DNA of 64,000 bases from Adineta vaga (Eukaryota; Animalia; Rotifera), in assembly GCA_021613535.1 (NCBI GenBank), contig CP075494.1, positions 12,462,001 through 12,526,000 on the forward strand, written 5' to 3'. The translations under genes and the position numbers were made by a program. Position 1 is the stretch's first letter. Every line of letters begins with the position of its first letter. This document shows, piece after piece, positions 56,230 through 64,000 of the stretch. The notes under the pieces are model-generated. The model saw nothing but the letters and a program-made list of their open reading frames with translations. It searched no databases and was not told the origin of the DNA.

Positions 56230-56860
56230 GGATGGTTTGATGATAGTAATATTCGATTAAGCATAGTATACAGAAAACCATGTCGTGTATACCATCATAC
56301 TGGTGTTTTATTGTGATATTGGTGCCGGAATTGCTTTACTTTATTGGATCCTTGTTCGTTGCCAACAAATATGTTATAACAATAATTAACAAATTCGAGT
56401 AGATACTTTTCTTCGAAGCTAATGCTTAATAATGTTTCTTTGAATATTTGTGTATACATGAAAGATGAATCAAGTTGATCCAATACTTTGCAAGGTGCCA
56501 CAAAGCTCATCGAGACGGCGTTCGGCTTATATTGGTTCGTTATTTGCTTAATAGCGACACAGAGTGGTGTTATATTTATGAAGACATCCTTTACCTTGAA
56601 CTATTGCTTGTAGCATGTCTAATCTTTACCGAAGATAAAAAGAACGATCTAATTGATAGATATTATTTATACATGACACAATATGTTTTACTAGAGAAGT
56701 AGTGATAATCAAACGTGCTTTAATGGCAGTCATATTTAGAATAATTTCAATACAATCATCACTATCTACAAACAAACTAATGTCGTTTATACGACCTTGA
56801 AGTTGAATAATAGCATTTTGACAATCTTCGTTTTTATAATCAATACATTTGCCTAATCAG
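56230..56860 (-). pseudogene. Disabled fragment of a bdelloid-type TPR/ADP-ribosyltransferase family gene
   Basis: LDQLDSSFMYTQIFKETLL...KTPV*WYT..FLYTMLNRIL matches the recalled family consensus FMY.Q..KEILL/P.WWYT...FLY..LNRALR, with W replaced by a stop; upstream VDSDDCIE segment is frameshifted. Confidence 0.7.
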
Positions 56861-58645
56861 ACGACAACGTTATTTTGTTTTGTTTTCCCACTACATAACA
56901 TAATTGTTAGAAAAAGAATGTAAAGATCAGTATATTCAGAAATATTTATTTCAACAGTTCATCAAAACTAATCTATTCGAATAAAAATATCTCAATCTTC
57001 TAATCTTTCAATCATGAGTAACTATTCTTGTCATCTCAAAATTACTGAGAAGGAATGCTGATGTGTATCTACAGACAATTAAGCTCTGGACTCCATTCAT
57101 TCTGTCCTAGAGTAACTACGTATATATATTATTATCTAATTATTCTATCTTCATATTTAGAATTATTCTCAAAAACAATTCATCTTTCTACAAATTTATT
57201 GTCATCAGTAAAATCAATCATATATGAATAGATTATGATTTTTAATATAAATAAAGAAGAACGAAATCACATGACTCTTTGATGACGTATGAATATCTTA
57301 TTACGTTTCAATTATTGAATATTAAAAGTACCGCTGATAAAATCTCTCCTGTTAGTTATATATACATCGTTCTATGGCATTGAAGTTCAAAAAGTGTTCC
57401 ATTGAAAATATTTTTTAGTCACATGATAAATGCATGTGACTAATCTTTAGTTTATAGAACATAACAACAAATTGTTACTTTAAAAAATCACGTTATATGC
57501 TGTGTGTCTCTATTGAAGCGAAACATATTTAGACGTGTCAATGTGTATGAAATTCGAAAAAGTAGTAACAAATATCATAGCACCTTAACAAGAAGAAAAA
57601 AAACGAAAGAGAAAAAAATTTCTGAATAGTTTTTTTTTCTCAATAATCATTGTCAAGTACTGAAGGTAAATGTAAGACGATAGTGTTAATATTCAGATAG
57701 TTAGGTAAGGTTTAACTTCTTTTTTTTCTTCCATTTATCAAATAAGATAAATTCTTGTTGTAAGTGTTATTCTTAATTAAATTATGAGGTGCACTTTTTT
57801 AACACATAAACATGAACGTTGTCAGATGAATACAGATGCGGGCAATAAAACTGATAATCTCATTTTAGCCGGAGTGTTTTTGATGATGTGAATGATCATG
57901 CTCTTTATTCACAAGCTTTCTTTTTTCTCTTATTCAAATTATTGTAATGCATATATTAAGTACTATTTTTCTGCACCTATACATTATGACCAGCAGGTGA
58001 CAGAGCAAAGAGCAAGACAGAAAAAAATACAAATACTTTTAGTTATGGTAATAAACTGGTGAGCATGTAATGTTCGATTGGTTCGAAACGTCTATGAAGC
58101 AAGAAAGAAAAGAACCAATTAACCTTGTTAGATAATAATTATCTTAGTTAAATTAAAAGAAAATCATTGATGAATCACAAATCATCAGTACAAAATGGAA
58201 ATTTCCTCTGAACAATGAGTATTTGCATTCGTCATCGTTAATGAAAACACAAAACTGATTTTGTTTTTCATGGTCAAATTATGTGGACAGTTTTAATCTT
58301 GTCATTCTACTTTTTTTTCTTCTCTTCTTATGCAAAACATCAATATTCAATAATTTTTCTTTCGTTTCTTTGCCTTGCATGAATGAGTAAGATTAGATTC
58401 TCATATTTATAATGTTTATATGTTTATCTATTCTGACAGTTTTATATATTTTCTTTTTATTTCTTCACCCACTCGAACGACTTATCCATCTTAAGATAAA
58501 AAAAATCTTCTTGTTCAAGAGTAATCCAATTGCAATTCGTAAATTAAACATGATTAATTTCCTCTTGTTTTTTTTATAGAAAGGAAAAAGAACTTGAAAA
58601 AATAAACATAGTTTTTCTGACCTTTACTTATATATATTCTTTAAA

Positions 58646-60678
58646 ATGGAATATTCATCGAAAAAACAATCATGGATTGAATTTATCAATGAATCCATGG
58701 GAAATACTATTCCGAATACGTCGAATAATTTTGATCATGCAACACGAACGAATCATACAAATTATTCAATGATTGATTCTGACAGTGAGTCGAGGCACAA
58801 TATAAATTCAGATCAAAATCAACATGCACCTGAAACTCGACTTAGTGGAAAATCCAAAAATACTCAACGACCGATCGGCAATTTAATTAATGGTAAGTCA
58901 TTATTTTCTTGTTCACTGTTCATTGAAATGGAAAAGTCGTCATAGTTATCTATTAATGACAGTAATTTCTTCTTTTTCTTTTTTCTTCTTCGTTTATATT
59001 TCTTTCGCTTTATATAAACACGCCTTCCAAGCACGACTACATCTCTCGACATCGTTCCTGTAGACGTTATTCAGCTGTACAGAGATACAGGGCAAAGAAC
59101 ACGATGACTTCGTCTCCAGATATATACATGCGCTTTTGTCGGGTACAAATATATGTAAAAGAAAAATCAGAGAAATAAGCTTGCTGACAAACACACATTC
59201 TTTTTCTTTTCTTTTCCTTCAGTTTTCTTTTTATCGTTCTCGACATCGTCCTTCACGTCGCAATTTATAATAGAAACTATATTATTTGCATGTACGCTCA
59301 TGGAATCTCGCGTTTTTTTTCATGTCATCCATTTATATAAATATTAAACTTGAACATTTTCTCGAGCAAATTTTTCCAATTTTATCTTGTAGAATTCTCT
59401 GATAATATTGTAATTTCATCAGATAGCTTTTCTCATTCCTACTATTTGAACATTTTCCATTCATAAATGCTTTATAGAGAATAAAAGCAGTCAACAGAAC
59501 TGGTAGGCGCGCTAGACGTAATTGTAAAAACAAAATGAGAAAGAATACTGTCGAATAGGAAAAAATAGACAACGTCATTAGCGAGTATGAATATTATACA
59601 TTTGTTATTTGCCTTTCTGTGTGTGTGTGTGTCTCTTTCTCTCTCCCTTTCTTTCTCGATTTTTTTCCTGTCGAGGTTTTTTTCACTATTACTGCACTGC
59701 AATGACGCACATATTTCTAATGTAGAAATTACCTTAGATTAACTTTCATTGAATAAACACACAAGAAAACGACTATGCATGTTTAAACAACAAAACTAAA
59801 TATGTCATCAAGTATTAAACAGCAACCGATTAGTCCAGTTTCGTATAATTCATTTTCAAATTCCTTTTATCATCATCGATCATCGCCATCGTCGGTAGAA
59901 AATGAACAATTAACACCGACAATACATAATACTATGGAAAGTTCATCAACATCAATATTAATGACATCAACAACAACAAGTGACACTGGGAGAGGTTGGT
60001 ATGACTGAACGATGATGACGAGTTTTGTTTATTTATTTATTTTTCGACATGGAATAATAAATACTATTTTCTTTTCAAAGTATTTTTTTTCCGTTAAGAT
60101 ACATTTTTTTCTTTTTGAACTGTACAATTTATCTAGCTATTTCTCTTTTCATTTAGGTTCATCAACTCACGAAGAAAAACGTCATTGTGTATGTATAATG
60201 AAATTCTATTGAAAATAATGAATTACATTTTCCCATTTCTTAAAGGCCGTATGTAGTGATGTTGCTTCTGGTTATCATTATGGTGTATGGAGTTGTGAAG
60301 GTAATAGTTCCTTAAAACAAAGTAAATATATCTAAGAAAATTTGAATTATTTTAGGATGCAAAGCATTTTTTAAACGAAGTATTCAAGGTACAAATGATT
60401 ATATATGTCCTGCAACAAATACATGTACAATTGATAAACATCGTCGTAAAAGTTGTCAAGCATGTCGTTTACGTCGATGTTATGAAGTTGGAATGACCAA
60501 AGGTACAGCACGGCGAGAAAGAAAATATCGAAAAAAAGCTGTATCTGTCTGTAAAATTACATCCACTTCTTCACATTCGAATACAACAACAAATAAACAA
60601 GATCATACACTTTCAATATCAACAACGAGTACGCGAACATCAACAGGAACACCTTCCGGCTCTCACACAATTAATAAT

Positions 60679-60721
<43 letters not shown>

Positions 60722-61924
60722 GTGCTTTTGTTTCATCACAACCATTGCAAACAATGAAAGTATGATTACTTCTTCATTAAATTTAATTTTTTCTTTGTTG
60801 ATATTCAGTCAACGTCGGATTCAACACGTTCTACAACAACAACTACTGAATTTCTTTCGACTTTATCTCAAGCATCTCGTCTTAATTTACCAGCTAAAAT
60901 CGATCTAAATCGTCCATTAGATGATCAGTATTTTCTTCAATTATTAGCAAAAATTTTCGATCAAGAATTAGTTGTTCTTATCAATTGGGCAAAGGCGATA
61001 CCAGGTATAAATCTTCTTTTTTTTTTTAATTTTTAATTGCTTTACAAACAAATCCTTTTTCGTTGAATAGGTTATACAGAACATTTAACACTTGATCAAC
61101 AAGTAACAATGATTGAACAGAGTTGGTTAGATGCATTACTTCTCGATATAATCGAACGTTCCGTCGAACGTAATGATGATTCACTTCAATTTGCACCTGA
61201 TTTTATCATCTCACGGTAATGAACTAATCAATCTTATTCTATTGAATTGTTTCTATTGATTTTTTGTTTTAGCAATCGTGAACTATCAAGTCCTATATTA
61301 AGTTCAATGTGTACGTATTTGTTTAATATATTGCAAGCATTCAAAGATCCACGTACAACACATGATGAATTTATTGCTTTGAAAGCAACAATATTAATAA
61401 ATTCAATCCCAACAACGATATCTTCAACAAAAGCATTTCGTATTTTAACAAATCAAATCTATCAAATTGTACAATACACATGTGATTCAAATCCAAGTGT
61501 ATTTCATGATAATTATATACGTCATTTTACTCTCCTATTACAATTACCACATATAAAAATGTTAAGTTCGAAATTAATGAGAGTATTCATTGATATGCGT
61601 AGTAATGATTTATTACCACAAGCTGATCTTTTATTAGAAATGCTTGAAGCACAAGATATATTTGACGTAACAGTTCATATGGATGTTGATAATCTTTCAT
61701 CACAAACAAAAGCTTACAATCAAGATTCTATACCAAATACAAATCTATCAACATCTCAATTTTCTATTGATAATCCATTATTATATCCTAATCAGTATTC
61801 AAATCTCAATCAACTATCAGAAAAACGTTCATCATCATCACCCACTCTTCCACATTTTCATTCTACTGATAGTATATCTCCATCAAATCCTGAACATATT
61901 TTAAATGATGATTCATCTTATTGA
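58646..61924 (+). CDS. ESR1: Estrogen receptor orthologue (nuclear receptor NR3A) with two candidate first coding exons
   Basis: Spliced [69 protein letters not shown] (ER-type GVWSCEG, not ERR GVASCEA); [23 protein letters not shown] and AF-2 DLLLEMLEA. Confidence 0.92.
60673..60720 (+). repeat. (AAT)n repeat encoding poly-Asn in the ER hinge
   Basis: Seen directly in sequence. Confidence 0.9.
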
Positions 61925-62951
61925 AAATTTATCATCTGCTCAATTTAAAAGAAAAACATTCTCTTGGCTATGATTTCTTTGTTTTGCTCATTTTCAACCT
62001 GCTCACTCTAATGATTCAAATTCATAGACATCTTGTCTGATTGATTGACCCGTATAATAATAACATCCCCGTTGTATTCATTTCTTACAACTCGGTTGCA
62101 AACTATCTCGGTGTTTTGTTTTCTTTTTTTTCTTGTTTATGCCTTTAAAATCATATTTTGTTTCTGTTTTTTGTTTCCTTCTTTCTTTTGCTTGTTTGTG
62201 ATCATGTTTAAAGCGTGTTTTGTACGTCAGAACAAACAGATGGTAAGTCGTTTCGATCAAAAAAACCAAAAGTTAAAAAAAAACTCGAAGAAAGTTGTAT
62301 CGACGTTTACTGCAAGGTATTAACTTTCATTTTAAAGTAATGAAAGTTCAATTCGTTTTTTTTTCTTCTCTTTATACTATTCAATGACGTCAAAGAAAAA
62401 GACTTTCGAACTGTTAATACATTTTTAGATGGAACCTTATTTTTGGTTTTGAATTGAATGATCTTTATGCAAATTGTTATATTGTTTACAAGAAGAACGA
62501 TCGAATCTTAAAGAAAAATAAAAACAAAAAAAAAGTTCTAGACAATCAAATAATTTAATTCAAAAATTTCATTCTTTTGATACTCTACTGAAGAATAATT
62601 ATTTTCCGGAATTTAAAATGACATAGAGATATTTCAAACAAACAGCTTTTTAAATATTTATAAAGGATAGTTTTTATAATTACTTTTTTATAAAAATAAT
62701 CCTTTATTTCTAAAATAAACAGACCATATTAAGATCGATTTATATTTCTGTTCTTGATCTTGAAATAGAAGCATAAGGTCTAGATTAATAAGAAGCTTTA
62801 CTAGATCTTTATTACTTCAATCGAATTCTAATCTTTTCTTCATAATCATCATTATCTGTAAACGATTTGTCAATAAACAATATGCACTTAACATAGAAAA
62901 TCAATAATTTGTTTTTCTTTCATATGTATATTTGTTCTGTTTTTTGTTTTA

Positions 62952-64000
62952 TTAAAACTTTGCTTGATAGACGGAACTGTCACGTTTAGATACATTATCG
63001 CATGTTGTTCTTCGAAGATCTTCTTCATTATGTTCGATTGGTATTCTACGACTTCTTTTCCATAAAGGCCAAAAGAAAAGATATCTAAAAAGAAAAACAC
63101 ATCATAAACAATAAAAGAAGGAGCAATAACAATTATTCAACTTACCCACTGATTAACAACGGAAGAATTCCAATTACAGCTAGGATAAAAAAGATGATAC
63201 CTGGATAAACTTCAATAGTTCTTGCATAGATCGCATTAGCAACAATACCAACAACATATGAACCAAGTGTTTCAACAATTCCGGTAGCAATAAATACAAG
63301 TGCAAATTCTGTATCATTGACTAATTTTGTTAAATGTGATCGTAAAACAGCCATGACAACAAAAAATAAACATCCGATAAACACAGCTTTTCAATCGAAG
63401 AAAAAAAAGATTAGTTTTTATTTTTTGTCAAATTTTTCAAGAAATTTTTTACCCAGATAAAGAAACCAGACTGTTTGCGCAAGACCAAATAAAACTAAAT
63501 GAATTACGTACAATAGAATTCCAATAAATGGTAATATTAATGAATTAGTAAATCGATTTTGCCAAAGACTAAGAATAATTGATATGATGATCATTAGAGA
63601 AAATTGTGCACTGGTTAATATTGCTAAAGCTAATACATCAAAACATAATGGTTTTCCATAGAGATAGAGCGGATGAATACTTGCAAAACCAAATAAAACA
63701 ATGAAAAGAAGAATTTGTGCTAATGTTAATAAGATTATTGAACGTTGATTATTACCATGACGTTTAATTAAAAATACTTGATATGTACCACGTATTGGTG
63801 ATAGACGAATTTTTAATAATTGTTTAAAAACATGAAAAATACTTCGACTATTTTCACCACGTGATTCAGGTTGAAAAATTAATAGATAAATTAATGCTGC
63901 AACATTCAAACCTAAATTAACTGCCATTGGTAATGTATAACCATGATAACGTAACCAAAAACCAATACCTAATAATGGAAAAATACGTGTCAAAGCTACT
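62952..64000 (-). CDS. MFS transporter, SLC46/PCFT-like (3' part; 5' end outside window)
   Basis: IGFWLRYHGYTLP, FQPES, LYLYGKPLCFD, LRSHLTKLV..EFALVF and AIYARTIEVYPG; introns at ~63388-63452 and ~63086-63145. Confidence 0.8.

Noticed and set aside
60245-60495. ERR (NR3B) rather than ER identity
   Set aside because: The DBD has ER-type GVWSCEGCKA and KRSIQG, not ERR-type GVASCEACKA and KRTIQG
62888-63100. ORF-track frame for the last MFS exon
   Set aside because: Splice phase dictates another frame (GYLFFWPLWKRSRR...QAKF*) ending at 62952

Overview
AT-rich, gene-dense eukaryotic (animal) DNA with many short (~45-65 bp) GT-AG introns. A bdelloid rotifer origin is most likely (inference from intron size, non-metazoan-looking genes among metazoan ones, and a relic of the TPR/ADP-ribosyltransferase family I recall as expanded in bdelloids). 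I reconstructed about 21 spliced or single-exon genes by hand: bacterial-type PLP aminotransferase, TANGO1/cTAGE5-like protein, isopentenyl phosphate kinase, a neprilysin-like protein without the catalytic motif, eIF4A-III, WDR70, WSB1, DUF962/Mpo1, a 7-intron Zator-type DDE transposase gene with no visible TIRs (candidate domestication), PSMC6, a glycosyltransferase-like protein with a discoidin-like domain, an innexin, an SLC5 symporter, a GPCR, an ELOVL elongase, an NCS EF-hand/PLAT fusion, an estrogen receptor orthologue, an SLC46-like MFS transporter and three orphans. There is also a ~660 bp MITE-like inverted repeat and pseudogene debris (ABCB9-like, FAR, TPR-ART). Highlights: (1) the estrogen receptor carries substitutions at human ERalpha positions linked to ligand-independent activity (A350F, L536Q, Y537A, plus G521L, H524V, L525F); (2) the transposase keeps its catalytic triad; (3) the apparent gene desert at 34-42 kb hides in-frame alternative N-terminal exons of the innexin. 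All family calls come from recalled motifs, not database searches, and exon boundaries are manual.
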